This document shows, piece after piece, positions 20,304 to 31,081 of a DNA stretch of 64,000 nt. The position numbers were made by a program, and so were the translations under genes. The stretch is from contig CAZTFC010000007.1 of assembly GCA_964612075.1 (NCBI GenBank), positions 4,249-68,248 on the forward strand, read 5' to 3'. The notes under the pieces were generated by a model, which made no database searches, had not been told where the DNA came from, and was given only the letters and a program-made list of their open reading frames with translations. The stretch's first letter is position 1. Each line of letters starts with the position of its first letter. The DNA comes from an uncultured bacterium. Its GTDB lineage: Bacteria; Desulfobacterota; Deferrimicrobia; Deferrimicrobiales; Deferrimicrobiaceae.

Positions 20304-21799
20304 GGCTTTCGGACCTTCTCCGGTTCCTCGGGCCCGCGGCGCCCGACATTCCGGGAGAGATCGAGATCGGGGGGATCCGGGTCGATTCGCGCGCCGTCCG
20401 CCCGGGCGACCTGTTCGTGGCCCTCTCCGGCACGAAGGCCGACGGCCATGATTTCCTCGGCGCGGCGGCGCGCGCCGGCGCAGCGGCGGCGCTGGTGGAG
20501 CGGGATGTCCCGTCCCCGCCCCTGCCCGTAGTCCGCGTTCCGAAGACGGCGGAGGCGCTCTGGAAGGCCGCGGTCGCCTTCCACGGAGACCCTTCCGCGA
20601 CCCTGCGCGTCGCCGGGATCACGGGGACCAACGGCAAGACGACGACCTGCTACCTGCTGGAAGGGATACTCCGGGCCGCCGGGAAGGTCCCCGCGGTCAT
20701 CGGGACCATCGACTACCGGGTCGGGGGGAAGGTCCTGCGGAAGGGGCTGACCACGCCGTTCCCCCACGACCTCCAGGCCGTGATGGCGGAGTCGCTCTCG
20801 GCGGGGGCCACGGACCTCGTCATGGAGGTGTCCTCCCACAGCGCGGCCCAGGGGCGCATCGAGGGGGTGCGTTTCGACCTCGGGATCTTCACCAACCTCA
20901 CGCGGGACCACCTCGACTTCCACGGCGACATGGAATCGTATTTCCAGGCCAAGGCGAGGTTCTTCCGGGAGTACCTCCCCTCGGGCGGGAAGCGCGCCGG
21001 CGTCGCGCTGAACGCCGACGATCCTTTCGGGGAGCGGCTCGCGCAGGAATTCCCTTCCGCCCTGACCTTCGGCTTCTCCCGGGCCCGGGAGATCTTCCCG
21101 CTCCGGATGGAGATGACGTGGGAGGGGTCCGCGATGGAGCTGTCCACGCCCGCGGGCCGCCTCCCGCTGCGTTCCCGGCTGATCGGGGCGCACAACGTGT
21201 CCAACATCATGGCGGCGGTCGCCGGCGCGCTGCTGCTCTCCGTCCCGGCGGAGGCCGTCGCGGCCGGGATCGAGTCGGTCCGCACGATCCCCGGAAGGCT
21301 GGAGCCGGTGGACAACGACCGCGGGCTGCACATCTTCGTGGATTACGCCCACACGCCGGACGGAATGGACCGGGTGCTCACGACGCTGCGGGGGCTCGCG
21401 GAAGGGCGCCTCATCACGGTGTTCGGCTGCGGGGGCGACCGGGACCGCGGCAAGCGGCCCGAGATGGGCCGGATCGCGGCGCTGCGCTCCGACGTCGTGG
21501 TGGTGACCTCCGACAACCCGCGGAACGAGGACCCCGGCGCGATCATCTCGGAGATCCTCCCGGGGCTTTCCTCCGAGGGGTTCGTGGAGGCCCGCGGGCC
21601 GGTCGATTGGGAAGACGGGTACTACCTGGTGGTGCGCGACAGGAAGGCGGCGATCTCCGCGGCGTTGTCGCTGGCGGAAGCGGGTGACGCGATCGCGATC
21701 GTCGGGAAAGGACACGAGGATGTCCAGATCGTCGGGGACCGGCGCCTGCCGTTCGACGACCGGGGGGTGGTCCGGGATGTGCTCGCCCAGGGGCGGTAG
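20300..21799 (+). CDS. murE: UDP-N-acetylmuramoyl-L-alanyl-D-glutamate--2,6-diaminopimelate ligase
   Basis: Mur ligase P-loop GITGTNGKTTT. TTG start overlaps the ftsI stop. Confidence 0.9.
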   Translation: MRLSDLLRFLGPAAPDIPGEIEIGGIRVDSRAVRPGDLFVALSGTKADGHDFLGAAARAGAAAALVERDVPSPPLPVVRVPKTAEALWKAAVAFHGDPSATLRVAGITGTNGKTTTCYLLEGILRAAGKVPAVIGTIDYRVGGKVLRKGLTTPFPHDLQAVMAESLSAGATDLVMEVSSHSAAQGRIEGVRFDLGIFTNLTRDHLDFHGDMESYFQAKARFFREYLPSGGKRAGVALNADDPFGERLAQEFPSALTFGFSRAREIFPLRMEMTWEGSAMELSTPAGRLPLRSRLIGAHNVSNIMAAVAGALLLSVPAEAVAAGIESVRTIPGRLEPVDNDRGLHIFVDYAHTPDGMDRVLTTLRGLAEGRLITVFGCGGDRDRGKRPEMGRIAALRSDVVVVTSDNPRNEDPGAIISEILPGLSSEGFVEARGPVDWEDGYYLVVRDRKAAISAALSLAEAGDAIAIVGKGHEDVQIVGDRRLPFDDRGVVRDVLAQGR

Positions 21800-21800
21800 G

Positions 21801-23198
21801 ATGACCCTCCCGGAGGTGATCGGCGCGATCCAGCCGCTGCGGGAGGCCGCGGGGATCTCCGTTCCGGACCCGATCGGCGTCGTGACGACGGACAGCCGGG
21901 AGATCGGGCCGAAATCGGTCTTTATCGCGCTGCCCGGCGAGCGGGTCGACGGGGCGGACTACGTGGAGGAGGCGTTCGGCAAGGGCGCGCTCGCGGCGAT
22001 CGTCTCGGAGGCGGGGGCGAAAAAGATCCCCGCGGCGCTTTCCGGGAACCGGCCCGTCTTCGTGGTGCGCGACCCCGTGGAGGCGCTGGGGGACCTGGCG
22101 CGGGCCCACCGGCTGCGCCACCGCCGCATCCCCCTCGTGGCCATCACCGGGAGCTCGGGGAAGACGACCACCAAGGAGATGCTGTACTGCCTGCTGTCCC
22201 GGTCGCGGCGGGTGCTCTGCAACCCCGGGAACCGGAACAACCTGATCGGGATGCCGCTGGCCCTCCTCGCCCTTTCGGAGGAGCACGACGCGGCGATCCT
22301 GGAGATGGGGACCAGCTCCCCCGGGGAGATCGCGCGGCTGGCCGGCATCGCCGTCCCGGACATCGGCCTGATCACCAACATCGCCCCCGCGCACCTCGCG
22401 GGGCTCGGGTCGATGGAGGGAGTGGCGCGCGAGAAGGGGGAGCTCTACCGCGCCCTCCCGCCGGAGGGCGTGGCGGTGGTCAACGCCACCGACCTGCGGG
22501 CGGTCCGCGAGGCGGCGCGGTGTTCCGCGGAGAAAGTCTACTTCGGCGTTCCGATGAACGACTTCCACGGGCGGATCCTCGAGATGACCGACTCGGGGAT
22601 GCGGATCGCCGTCCGGACCCCGGCCGGCGAATTCACGTCCTCCCTCGGCGTGTCGGGCGAGCACCACCTCATGAACGCCCTCGCGGCCGCGGCCGTGGCG
22701 TTCACGCTGGGGATGCGCCCCGCGGAAATGGAGGAAGGGTTCGCGGCGTTCTCCTCCGTGCCCGGGCGCTTCCACGCCGAGCCGCTCCGGGGCGGAGGGC
22801 TCCTGCTGGACGACAGCTACAACGCGAACCCGGCGTCCGTCGAGGCGGCCCTGAGATCGCTGGCCGCGCTGGCGCGCGGGCGGCGGACCGTGGTGGTGTT
22901 CGGCGACATGCTGGAGCTGGGCCAGGCGTCCGCGGCTTCCCACTTCCGCATCGGCCACCTGGCGGCGGCCCTGAAAGTCACGCGCCTGTTCGCCTTCGGG
23001 AAGGAGGCTGCGTACACGGCCAGGGGGGCCTGCGAGGGCGGGATGGACCCGCTGGACGTCGAGCACGTGACGGACCGGGAAACGCTGCGCGAGGCGGTGC
23101 GGGGGTTCCTTTCGGAAGGGGACGTGGTGCTCGTCAAGGGGTCGAGGGGGATGCGGCTGGACGTCGTCGCGAACGACGTGCGCGAGGAGTGGAGGTAG
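21801..23198 (+). CDS. murF: UDP-N-acetylmuramoyl-tripeptide--D-alanyl-D-alanine ligase
   Basis: Mur ligase P-loop ITGSSGKTTTKE. ATG 2 nt after the murE stop. Confidence 0.9.
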   Translation: MTLPEVIGAIQPLREAAGISVPDPIGVVTTDSREIGPKSVFIALPGERVDGADYVEEAFGKGALAAIVSEAGAKKIPAALSGNRPVFVVRDPVEALGDLARAHRLRHRRIPLVAITGSSGKTTTKEMLYCLLSRSRRVLCNPGNRNNLIGMPLALLALSEEHDAAILEMGTSSPGEIARLAGIAVPDIGLITNIAPAHLAGLGSMEGVAREKGELYRALPPEGVAVVNATDLRAVREAARCSAEKVYFGVPMNDFHGRILEMTDSGMRIAVRTPAGEFTSSLGVSGEHHLMNALAAAAVAFTLGMRPAEMEEGFAAFSSVPGRFHAEPLRGGGLLLDDSYNANPASVEAALRSLAALARGRRTVVVFGDMLELGQASAASHFRIGHLAAALKVTRLFAFGKEAAYTARGACEGGMDPLDVEHVTDRETLREAVRGFLSEGDVVLVKGSRGMRLDVVANDVREEWR

Positions 23199-23201
23199 GC
23201 G

Positions 23202-24308
23202 ATGCTCTACCACCTGCTGTACCCCCTGCACACGAGCTACTCGTTCTTCAACGTGTTCCGGTACATCACGTTCCGGACGATCTACGCCGCGATCACCGCG
23301 CTGCTGATCTGCTTCGTCGTCGGCCCGTGGTTGATCCGGTTCCTCCGCGAGCGCCAGATCGGGCAGCCCATCCGAAGGGACGGGCCGACGACCCACATCG
23401 TCAAGGAAGGGACCCCGACGATGGGAGGGGTGCTCATCGTCCTGGCGGCGGTCGTCCCCACGCTGCTGTGGGCGAACCTGCTTTCCCCCTACATCTGGAT
23501 CGCGGTGCTCGTGACGCTGGGGTACGGGGCGATCGGGTTCGTCGACGACTACCGGAAGGTGATCCGGAAGGACCCGAAGGGGTTGAGCCCCCGGTGGAAG
23601 CTCGCCCTGCAGCTCGCCTTCGCGATCCTGGCGGCCGGCCTCATCTACGCGGACATCGGCATCAAGGACACGGTGACCGTCCCGTTCTTCAAGAACCTCA
23701 GCCCCCGGCTCGGGTTCCTCTACATCCCCTTCATCGTCTTCGTGATCGTGGGGGCGTCGAACGCGGTGAACCTGACCGACGGCCTCGACGGCCTGGCGAT
23801 CGGCCCCTCCATTATCTGCGCCGCCACCTACATGCTCTTCGCCTACCTGGCGGGGAACGTCGTGATCGCCAACTACCTGCAGATCCAGTACGTGCCCGGC
23901 GTGGGGGAGCTGACGATCTTCTGCGGGGCCCTCGCGGGAGCGGGGCTGGGGTTCCTCTGGTTCAACGCCTACCCGGCGCAGGTGTTCATGGGGGACACGG
24001 GGTCGCTTTCGATCGGCGGCGCCCTGGGCGTCGTGGCCGTGATGGCGAAGCAGGAGATCGTCCTCGCGCTGGTGGGCGGGATCTTCGTCATCGAGACGCT
24101 GTCCGTGATCATCCAGGTGAAGGTCTTCCAGTGGACCAAGAAGAAAAAGCCGGACGGCAAGGAGGTGGGGGTGAGGATCTTCCGCATGGCGCCGCTCCAC
24201 CATCATTTCGAGAAGCTGGGCTGGGCGGAGCCCAAGATCATCGTGCGGTTCTGGATCATCTCCATCATCCTCGCGCTGCTGGCGGTCAGCACGCTGAAGA
24301 TCCGGTGA
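23202..24308 (+). CDS. mraY: phospho-N-acetylmuramoyl-pentapeptide-transferase
   Basis: 368 aa polytopic membrane protein with MraY motifs ([18 protein letters not shown]). Confidence 0.93.
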   Translation: MLYHLLYPLHTSYSFFNVFRYITFRTIYAAITALLICFVVGPWLIRFLRERQIGQPIRRDGPTTHIVKEGTPTMGGVLIVLAAVVPTLLWANLLSPYIWIAVLVTLGYGAIGFVDDYRKVIRKDPKGLSPRWKLALQLAFAILAAGLIYADIGIKDTVTVPFFKNLSPRLGFLYIPFIVFVIVGASNAVNLTDGLDGLAIGPSIICAATYMLFAYLAGNVVIANYLQIQYVPGVGELTIFCGALAGAGLGFLWFNAYPAQVFMGDTGSLSIGGALGVVAVMAKQEIVLALVGGIFVIETLSVIIQVKVFQWTKKKKPDGKEVGVRIFRMAPLHHHFEKLGWAEPKIIVRFWIISIILALLAVSTLKIR

Positions 24309-24310
24309 CC

Positions 24311-25657
24311 ATGGAGAACCTGGCGGGAAAAGAGGTCGTTGTGGTGGGGGCCGGCAGGTCCGGGATCCTCTCGGCGCGCCTTCTCAGGGGGGAGGGCGCC
24401 GGGGTCCTGCTGCTGGACGACCGTTCACGTGAAGCCGTGGAGAGATCGCTCGGCGAGCCGGTCCCCGAGGGAGTCGCCTTCCGCGCGGGAATGATGTCGG
24501 AGGAAGACGTCCCCGGCAAGGCGCTCGTCGTGGTGTCGCCCGGCGTCCCCGGGTCGAAGCTGCCGCTGGCCGCCCTCGCGGCGGCGGGCGTCCCCGTCCT
24601 GGGGGAGCTGGAGCTGGGGTTCCGCCGGTTCCGGGGGAAGGTGGCGGCGATCACCGGCACGAACGGCAAGTCCACCGTGACGACCCTCGTCGGCGGGATG
24701 GCCGCCCGGTCCTTCGCGCGGGTGTTCGTCGGGGGGAACCTGGGCACGCCCTTCGTGGCCGCCGCCGGCGGGCCGTACGACTGGGGGGTGGTGGAGGTCT
24801 CCAGCTTCCAGCTCGAGGCCATCGCGGAGTTCCGGCCGGCGGTGGCGGCTCTGCTGAACCTCACCGAGGACCACCGGGACCGGTACCCGGATTTCGCCTC
24901 CTACGCGGAGGCCAAGATGGCGATCTTCCGCAACATGGGGCCGGCGGACGCGGCGGTGGTCAACGCGGACGACCCGCAAGTCGTCTCGCGGTCGGCCCCG
25001 ATCCGCGCGCGGAAGGTCCCGTTCTCGATCCGCCGCGAGCTTCCGGAAGGCGCGTTCCTTTCGGGGGACGACATGGTCTACCGGTCGCCCGCGGGGGAGG
25101 AGCGGTACCCGAGGGGGGCGATGCGGATCCGCGGCCTCCAGAACGTCGAGAACGCGCTGGCGTCGATCTGCGTCGCGCGGTCGATGGGGGTTTCGCGCAG
25201 GGACGTGCTGGCGGAGCTCGCGGAGTTCCCGGGGCTCCCCCACCGCGTGGAGTTCGTGCGGACCATCCGGGGCGTGTCGTACTTCAACGACTCCAAGGGG
25301 ACCAACGTCGGGGCGGTGCTCGCGGCACTCGAGGGGTTCCCGGAGCCGGTGGTCCTGGTGGCGGGAGGAAAGGACAAGGGGGTGGATTTCCGCCCCCTGC
25401 GCGAGCCGCTTTCCCGGAAGGCGCGGGCGGTCGTGCTCCTGGGGGAGGCGCGCGGGCGGATGGAAAGGGAGCTCGCCGGTGCGGCACCGATCGTGACCGC
25501 CGATACCTTCGAGGGCGCGATCCGGGCGGCGGCCGACGCCGCGCGCCCGGGCGACGTCGTCGTCTTTTCCCCCGCCTGCTCCAGCTACGACATGTTCCGC
25601 AACTTCGAGGAGCGCGGAGAGGCGTTCCGGCGCGCCGTGAAGGAGCTGCCGGAATGA
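24311..25657 (+). CDS. murD: UDP-N-acetylmuramoylalanine--D-glutamate ligase
   Basis: P-loop ITGTNGKST. ATG 3 nt after the mraY stop. Confidence 0.9.
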   Translation: MENLAGKEVVVVGAGRSGILSARLLRGEGAGVLLLDDRSREAVERSLGEPVPEGVAFRAGMMSEEDVPGKALVVVSPGVPGSKLPLAALAAAGVPVLGELELGFRRFRGKVAAITGTNGKSTVTTLVGGMAARSFARVFVGGNLGTPFVAAAGGPYDWGVVEVSSFQLEAIAEFRPAVAALLNLTEDHRDRYPDFASYAEAKMAIFRNMGPADAAVVNADDPQVVSRSAPIRARKVPFSIRRELPEGAFLSGDDMVYRSPAGEERYPRGAMRIRGLQNVENALASICVARSMGVSRRDVLAELAEFPGLPHRVEFVRTIRGVSYFNDSKGTNVGAVLAALEGFPEPVVLVAGGKDKGVDFRPLREPLSRKARAVVLLGEARGRMERELAGAAPIVTADTFEGAIRAAADAARPGDVVVFSPACSSYDMFRNFEERGEAFRRAVKELPE

Positions 25658-26835
25658 AGATCGGGAAGCGCCACGAGAGCATGGTCCTCGCCTTGTGCAC
25701 GCTATCGCTGACCGTCCTGGGCCTGCTCATGATCTACAGCGCGACGAACGTCATGGCGGGATCCGCGACCAGGTACGGAATGGACCCGGCGTACTTCCTC
25801 AAAAGGCAGCTCCTGTTCCTCGTGGCGGGGGTGTCGCTCGCGGCGTTCCTGTCCGGCGTCGACTACGACTTCTACCGCCGCAACGTCCGGTCGATCCTCG
25901 CCGGGACGTTCGTCCTGCTGCTGCTGGTGTTCGTCCCCGGCATCCAGCACACGGCCAACGGGGCCGCCCGGTGGATCAACCTGCGCGTGGTCCATTTCCA
26001 GCCCTCCGAGCTGGCCAAGTTCGTCCTCCTCGTCTTCGCCGCGTACGCGATCGACAAAAAGGGGGAGAACCCGAAGGACGGGCTCAAGGCGTTCCTCCCG
26101 ATGCTCGCGGTGATGGGGCTCTACGTCGCCGTGATCCTGAAGGAGCCGGATTTCGGCATGGCCGTCGTGATCATGGCATCGTTCGTCGCGGTCATCTTCC
26201 TGGCGGGATTCCCGTGGAAGCTTCTTGCGCTGGGAGGGGCCGCGGCGGTCGTCGGGGCCGCGGCGCTGATCGCGGCCAAGCCGTACCGCGTGGCGCGGCT
26301 CAAGGCGTTCCTCGACCCGTTCTCCCAGGCGCAGGCGGGAGGGTACCAGGTCGTGCAGTCGCTGATCGCGTTCTCCAACGGGGGGGTCCTCGGGACCGGC
26401 GTGGGCGCGGGGAAGCAGAAGCTGTTCTACCTCCCCGAGATGCACACCGACTACATCTTCTCCGTGATCGGGGAGGAGCTCGGGTTCGCGGGGGTCGTCC
26501 TGGTGGGGGCCTGCTACATCACCATCGTCTGGACGGGCTTCCGCATCGCCCGGAGGGCGCGCGACCCGTTCGGGAAGTACATCGCGCTGGGGTTTTCGAC
26601 CGTCATCGGCATGCAGGCGATGATGAACATGATGGTGGGACTGAAGATGCTGCCGCCGAAGGGGATGGTCCTCCCGTTCTTGAGCTACGGGGGGAGCTCG
26701 CTGATCCTGCACCTGGCGGCGATCGGGGTGCTGTTGAACGTATCCCGGAAGGGGGCCGAAGCGCTTGTCGCCGAGGATGATCGTCGCCGGGGGAGGGACC
26801 GGCGGGCACGTCTATCCGGGAATTGCCCTTGCTGA
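25654..26835 (+). CDS. ftsW: peptidoglycan glycosyltransferase FtsW
   Basis: SEDS-family 10-TM protein (SELAKF, PEMHTDYIFSVIGEELGF). ATGA overlap with murD. The 3' end overlaps murG by about 70 nt. Confidence 0.9.
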   Translation: MKIGKRHESMVLALCTLSLTVLGLLMIYSATNVMAGSATRYGMDPAYFLKRQLLFLVAGVSLAAFLSGVDYDFYRRNVRSILAGTFVLLLLVFVPGIQHTANGAARWINLRVVHFQPSELAKFVLLVFAAYAIDKKGENPKDGLKAFLPMLAVMGLYVAVILKEPDFGMAVVIMASFVAVIFLAGFPWKLLALGGAAAVVGAAALIAAKPYRVARLKAFLDPFSQAQAGGYQVVQSLIAFSNGGVLGTGVGAGKQKLFYLPEMHTDYIFSVIGEELGFAGVVLVGACYITIVWTGFRIARRARDPFGKYIALGFSTVIGMQAMMNMMVGLKMLPPKGMVLPFLSYGGSSLILHLAAIGVLLNVSRKGAEALVAEDDRRRGRDRRARLSGNCPC

Positions 26836-27862
26836 GGCGTTCCTCTCCCTCTGCCCCGGCGGCGTGGTCACGTTCGTCGGGACCGAAAGGGGGCTCGAGG
26901 CGCGGGCCGTTCCGGCGCGGGGGTTCGAGATCGACTTCGTCCCCTCGGGGCAGGTCACGGGGCGGGGATTGCGGGCCGTCCCGGGGCTGCTGCGGATCGC
27001 GGCCGGGTTCCCCGCCGCGCTGGCCCTCTTGAGGCGCCGCCGGCCGGACCTGGTCTTCGGGGTGGGCGGATACGCCTCGGTCCCGGTGGCCGCGGCCGCT
27101 GCGCTCCTCGGGGTCCCGCTGTTCCTGCAGGAGCAGAACAGCGTGCCGGGGAGGTCGAACCGGCTTCTGGCGAGGCGCGCCGTCCGGGTGTTCGCGGGGT
27201 TCGCGGGGGCGGCGTCCTTCCTCCCCCCGGGCAGGACCGAGGTCACGGGCAACCCCGTCCGGTCGGAGATTGTCGCGGCGGCGAGGGAGCGCGCGGAGGT
27301 GTGGCCCCCGGAGGAGCCGTTCACGGTGCTGGCCCTCGGCGGGTCCCGGGGCGCGCGGGCGATCAACTCCCGCGTCCTGTCGATGGCCCGGGCGGGGAAG
27401 AGGGGGGGGAAGGAGATCCGGTTCCTGCTGCAGACGGGGGTGGAGGAGCATGAGGCGGTCGCGGCGGCGGCGAGGGAAGAGGGGCTGGCGGTCGAGGCGT
27501 TCCCCTTCAGCGAGAGGATCGGGGAGCTGTTCACGCGGTGCCACGCCGTGCTGATGAGGGCGGGCGCCCTTTCCATCGCGGAAGCCGCCCTGTTCGGCCG
27601 CCCGTGCGTTCTCGTGCCGTACCCGCACGCCGCGGACGACCACCAGGCGGGCAACGCGCGCGAGTTCTGCGCGGCGGGGGCGGGGACGTGGGTGGCGGAG
27701 GCCGACGCCGATCCGGAGGGGCTCCGGGCGTCGTTGTGGTCGCTCGCGGGGAACCGGGAGGCGAGGGAGAGGGCGCGGGCCGCGTCGCTATCCTTCGCCA
27801 GGCCCGACGCGGCGTTCGACGCGGTCCGCAGGGCCCTGGCGCTCGCGGGGATGGCGGCCTGA
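26765..27862 (+). CDS. murG: undecaprenyldiphospho-muramoylpentapeptide beta-N-acetylglucosaminyltransferase
   Basis: GGTGGHVYPG N-terminus and GT-B fold. The start could instead be at 26777, which shortens the ftsW overlap. Confidence 0.88.
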   Translation: MSPRMIVAGGGTGGHVYPGIALAEAFLSLCPGGVVTFVGTERGLEARAVPARGFEIDFVPSGQVTGRGLRAVPGLLRIAAGFPAALALLRRRRPDLVFGVGGYASVPVAAAAALLGVPLFLQEQNSVPGRSNRLLARRAVRVFAGFAGAASFLPPGRTEVTGNPVRSEIVAAARERAEVWPPEEPFTVLALGGSRGARAINSRVLSMARAGKRGGKEIRFLLQTGVEEHEAVAAAAREEGLAVEAFPFSERIGELFTRCHAVLMRAGALSIAEAALFGRPCVLVPYPHAADDHQAGNAREFCAAGAGTWVAEADADPEGLRASLWSLAGNREARERARAASLSFARPDAAFDAVRRALALAGMAA

Positions 27863-27881
27863 AAGGGGGGCTTAGACGGGA

Positions 27882-29249
27882 ATGTACAGAAAAGGGTTGC
27901 CCATCCATTTCGTAGGCATCGGCGGCATCGGGATGAGCGGGATCGCGGAGCTCCTGCTGAACCTGGGGTACCGCGTGTCGGGCTCGGACCTTCGGCGCTC
28001 CGAGACCACGGACCGGCTGGCGTCGCTGGGCGCAAGGATCGCCTTCGGCCACGCGGTGGAGAACGTTCCCGCCGACGGGCACGTCGTGGTGACCTCCTCG
28101 GCGGTCCGGCCTGGCAACCCGGAGGTCCTCGAGGCGCAGCGGAGGAAGATCCCCGTCATCCCGAGGGCGGAGATGCTCGCGGAGCTCATGCGGATGAAGT
28201 ACGGGATCGCCATCGCGGGGACCCACGGCAAGACGACGACGACCTCGATGGTGGCGACGGTGCTTGCGAGCGCGGGGTGGGACCCGACCGCCGTGGTGGG
28301 AGGCAAGCTGAACAGCCTGGGATCCAACGCGAAGCTCGGGCAGGGGGAGTTCCTCGTCGCGGAGGCGGACGAGAGCGACGGGACCTTCCTGAAGCTTTCC
28401 CCGACGGTCGCGGTGGTGACGAACATCGATCCCGAGCACCTCGACTTCTACACGGGGATCGGCCAGATCAAGGAGACCTTCCTCCACTTCATCAACAAGG
28501 TCCCCTTCTACGGCTTCGCCGTGCTGTGCCTCGACCACCCCAACGTCCAGGAGCTGCTCCCGTCCGTGACGAAGACCGTCGTCACCTACGGGTTCTCGAG
28601 GCACGCGGACTACCGGGCGGACGGGCTCGTCTCCGAGGGGATGACGAACCGCTTCACGGTCTTCGCGCGCGGGGAGCTGGTCGGGGAGATGGCGCTGCGC
28701 GCCCCCGGGCGGCACAACGTGAGCAACGCCCTGGCGGCGGTAGCGGTGGCCATGGAGCTCGGCATCCCGTGCGAGAAGGTGCGCCAGGGGCTGCTGGACT
28801 ATGCGGGGGTGGCCCGGCGGTTCCAGCTCAAGGGGGAGGCGGGCGGGGTCACGGTGATGGACGACTACGCCCACCACCCGGCGGAGATCCGGGCGACGCT
28901 GGCGGCGGCGCGGGAGGTCTGGCCGGAAGCGCGGATCGTCGTCGGGTTCCAGCCGCACCGCTACACGCGGACGCGGGCGCTGTTCAAGGATTTCCTGTCG
29001 GCATTCAACGAGGCGGACGTCCTGCTGCTGTTCGACGTCTACGCGGCGGGGGAGGAGCCGATCGAGGGGGCCACCGCAGAGAGCCTGTGCGAGGCGATCC
29101 GGGAGCACGGGCACAAGGGGGCGGTATACGCGGGCAAAGCCGGCGAGGCGGGGGAGACGGTCCGTTCCACGCTGCGGCCGGGCGACATATTTCTCACAAT
29201 GGGGGCGGGCGATGTCTGGAAACTGGGAGAGGCTGTCGTTTCGGCGTGA
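27882..29249 (+). CDS. murC: UDP-N-acetylmuramate--L-alanine ligase
   Basis: [12 protein letters not shown] Rossmann motif, P-loop [12 protein letters not shown]. Confidence 0.93.
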   Translation: MYRKGLPIHFVGIGGIGMSGIAELLLNLGYRVSGSDLRRSETTDRLASLGARIAFGHAVENVPADGHVVVTSSAVRPGNPEVLEAQRRKIPVIPRAEMLAELMRMKYGIAIAGTHGKTTTTSMVATVLASAGWDPTAVVGGKLNSLGSNAKLGQGEFLVAEADESDGTFLKLSPTVAVVTNIDPEHLDFYTGIGQIKETFLHFINKVPFYGFAVLCLDHPNVQELLPSVTKTVVTYGFSRHADYRADGLVSEGMTNRFTVFARGELVGEMALRAPGRHNVSNALAAVAVAMELGIPCEKVRQGLLDYAGVARRFQLKGEAGGVTVMDDYAHHPAEIRATLAAAREVWPEARIVVGFQPHRYTRTRALFKDFLSAFNEADVLLLFDVYAAGEEPIEGATAESLCEAIREHGHKGAVYAGKAGEAGETVRSTLRPGDIFLTMGAGDVWKLGEAVVSA

Positions 29250-30159
29250 GGGCTCGGTCAAGGGAGGGCCGGCGTTGAGGAGCATCGAGGTCTCGTTCCA
29301 CCTGAAGCTGCGGGACCACACCACCATCGGAATCGGCGGCGCGGCCGACCGGGTGGTGTTCCCCAGGTCCCCGGCGGAGGTTCGGGAGATCCTCTCCGCG
29401 GAACGGCGGGCGGGGAGGGAGGTGTACACGATGGGCGCGGGAAGCAATCTCCTCGTGTCCGACGGCGGGGTGGCGGGGACGGTCCTATGCACCAAGAAGC
29501 ACCTGTCCAAGGTGGTGTTCCTCGGGGGGCACACGGTGGTCGCGGAGGCGGGGGTCATGCTTCCCCGGCTGGCGGTCCTCTGCGCGCTGTCGGGGCTCTC
29601 GGGGATCGAGCCGCTCTCCGGCATACCGGGGACGGTGGGCGGGGCGCTGTCGATGAACGCGGGAGCCTACGGCAGGCAGATCGGCGACCTCGCGGAGTGG
29701 GTGGAGATCGCCGACGCGGACGGGGAGATCCACCGCGTGGAGGCGGCCGCCGTCCGGTTCGGCTACCGGGAGACGGATTTCCCCGTGAAGGGCGTCGTGG
29801 TCCGGGCGTCTTTCCGGTTCGCCGAGGGGACGCGGGAGGCGGTGTTCGACCTGATGCGGCAGTGGAACGAGAAGCGCCGCGCCGACCAGCCCTGGGGGGA
29901 GAAGACGTTCGGTTCCACGTTCCGGAACCCGCCGGGGGCCGAAAGCGCAGGCCTGCTCCTGGACCGCGCCGGGATGAAGGGGCAGCGGGAAGGGGACGCC
30001 TGCTTTTCCGAGAAGCACGCCAACTTCCTCCTGAACCGCGGCCGGGCCACGGCGGCCGACGTCCGCCGGCTCATGGACCGGGGGCAGAGGGCCGTGAAGG
30101 AGACGGCCGGGGTCCTGCTGGTCCCCGAAGTGAAGCTGTGGGGCGAGTTCGATGCCTGA
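29212..30159 (+). CDS. murB: UDP-N-acetylenolpyruvoylglucosamine reductase
   Basis: FAD-binding MurB ([11 protein letters not shown]...GAGSNLL). The start could be ATG 29212, overlapping murC by 38 nt, or TTG 29275. Confidence 0.85.
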   Translation: MSGNWERLSFRREGSVKGGPALRSIEVSFHLKLRDHTTIGIGGAADRVVFPRSPAEVREILSAERRAGREVYTMGAGSNLLVSDGGVAGTVLCTKKHLSKVVFLGGHTVVAEAGVMLPRLAVLCALSGLSGIEPLSGIPGTVGGALSMNAGAYGRQIGDLAEWVEIADADGEIHRVEAAAVRFGYRETDFPVKGVVVRASFRFAEGTREAVFDLMRQWNEKRRADQPWGEKTFGSTFRNPPGAESAGLLLDRAGMKGQREGDACFSEKHANFLLNRGRATAADVRRLMDRGQRAVKETAGVLLVPEVKLWGEFDA

Positions 30160-31081
30160 GCGCGGACGCTTCTCCGGGGCCCGGATCGGGGTGTTCCTCG
30201 GCGGGATCTCCGCGGAGAGGGCCGTGTCGCTCCGGACGGGGGCGGCGGTCGCCGCCGCGCTTCGCCGCAAGGGGTACGACGTCCGCGAGATCGACATCCG
30301 CGAGGACTGGCTGGGCACGGTCCGGGACGCGGGGGTCGACGCGGCGTTCATCGCGCTCCACGGGCGGTTCGGGGAGGACGGCTGCATCCAGGCGGCGTGC
30401 GAGCTGGCGCGCCTGCCCTACACGGGTTCCGGCGTCGCCGCCTCCGCCGTAGCGATGAGCAAGATGCTCGGCAAGCGGATGGCCGCCGCCGCGGGCGTTC
30501 CCTGCCCGCCGGACGAGGTGTACGAGGGATCGGAGATCGCCGGCGCGAAGCCGCCCCCCTTCGGCTTCCCGCTCGTCGTCAAGCCGGACCGGGAGGGATC
30601 GACCGTCGGCGTCACGATCGTCCGAAGCGCGGCGGAATGGGAGGGGGCGCTGGACCTTGCCGCCCGGCACGACAGCCGCGTGATCGCGGAGGGGTTCGTC
30701 GCGGGGCGGGAGATCACGGTGTCGATCGTCAACGGTCGGGTGTTCCCCGCGATCGAGATCGTCCCGAAGTCCGGTTTCTACGATTACAACGCCAAGTACA
30801 GCAAGGGGGAGACGGAGTACGTGATCCCGGTGCCGATGGAGAGGGACATCCTGCAGCGCGCCGCGGAATACACCCGCCGGGTCGCCCAGGCGCTGCGGCT
30901 GCGCGGCGCGGCGCGGGTCGACTACCGGGTGGACCGGGCCGGGAACGTGTTCTTCCTCGAGGCGAACACGATCCCCGGGATGACCGAGACGAGCCTGCTT
31001 CCCAAGGCCGCGCGGTTCGACGGCATGCCGTTCGAGGAGCTGGTCGAGGAGATCCTGTCGGACGCGGGGTTGTCGAAGTAG
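30152..31081 (+). CDS. ddl: D-alanine--D-alanine ligase
   Basis: ATP-grasp fold (IGVFLGGISAERAVSL...). 8-nt overlap with murB. Confidence 0.9.
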   Translation: MPERGRFSGARIGVFLGGISAERAVSLRTGAAVAAALRRKGYDVREIDIREDWLGTVRDAGVDAAFIALHGRFGEDGCIQAACELARLPYTGSGVAASAVAMSKMLGKRMAAAAGVPCPPDEVYEGSEIAGAKPPPFGFPLVVKPDREGSTVGVTIVRSAAEWEGALDLAARHDSRVIAEGFVAGREITVSIVNGRVFPAIEIVPKSGFYDYNAKYSKGETEYVIPVPMERDILQRAAEYTRRVAQALRLRGAARVDYRVDRAGNVFFLEANTIPGMTETSLLPKAARFDGMPFEELVEEILSDAGLSK

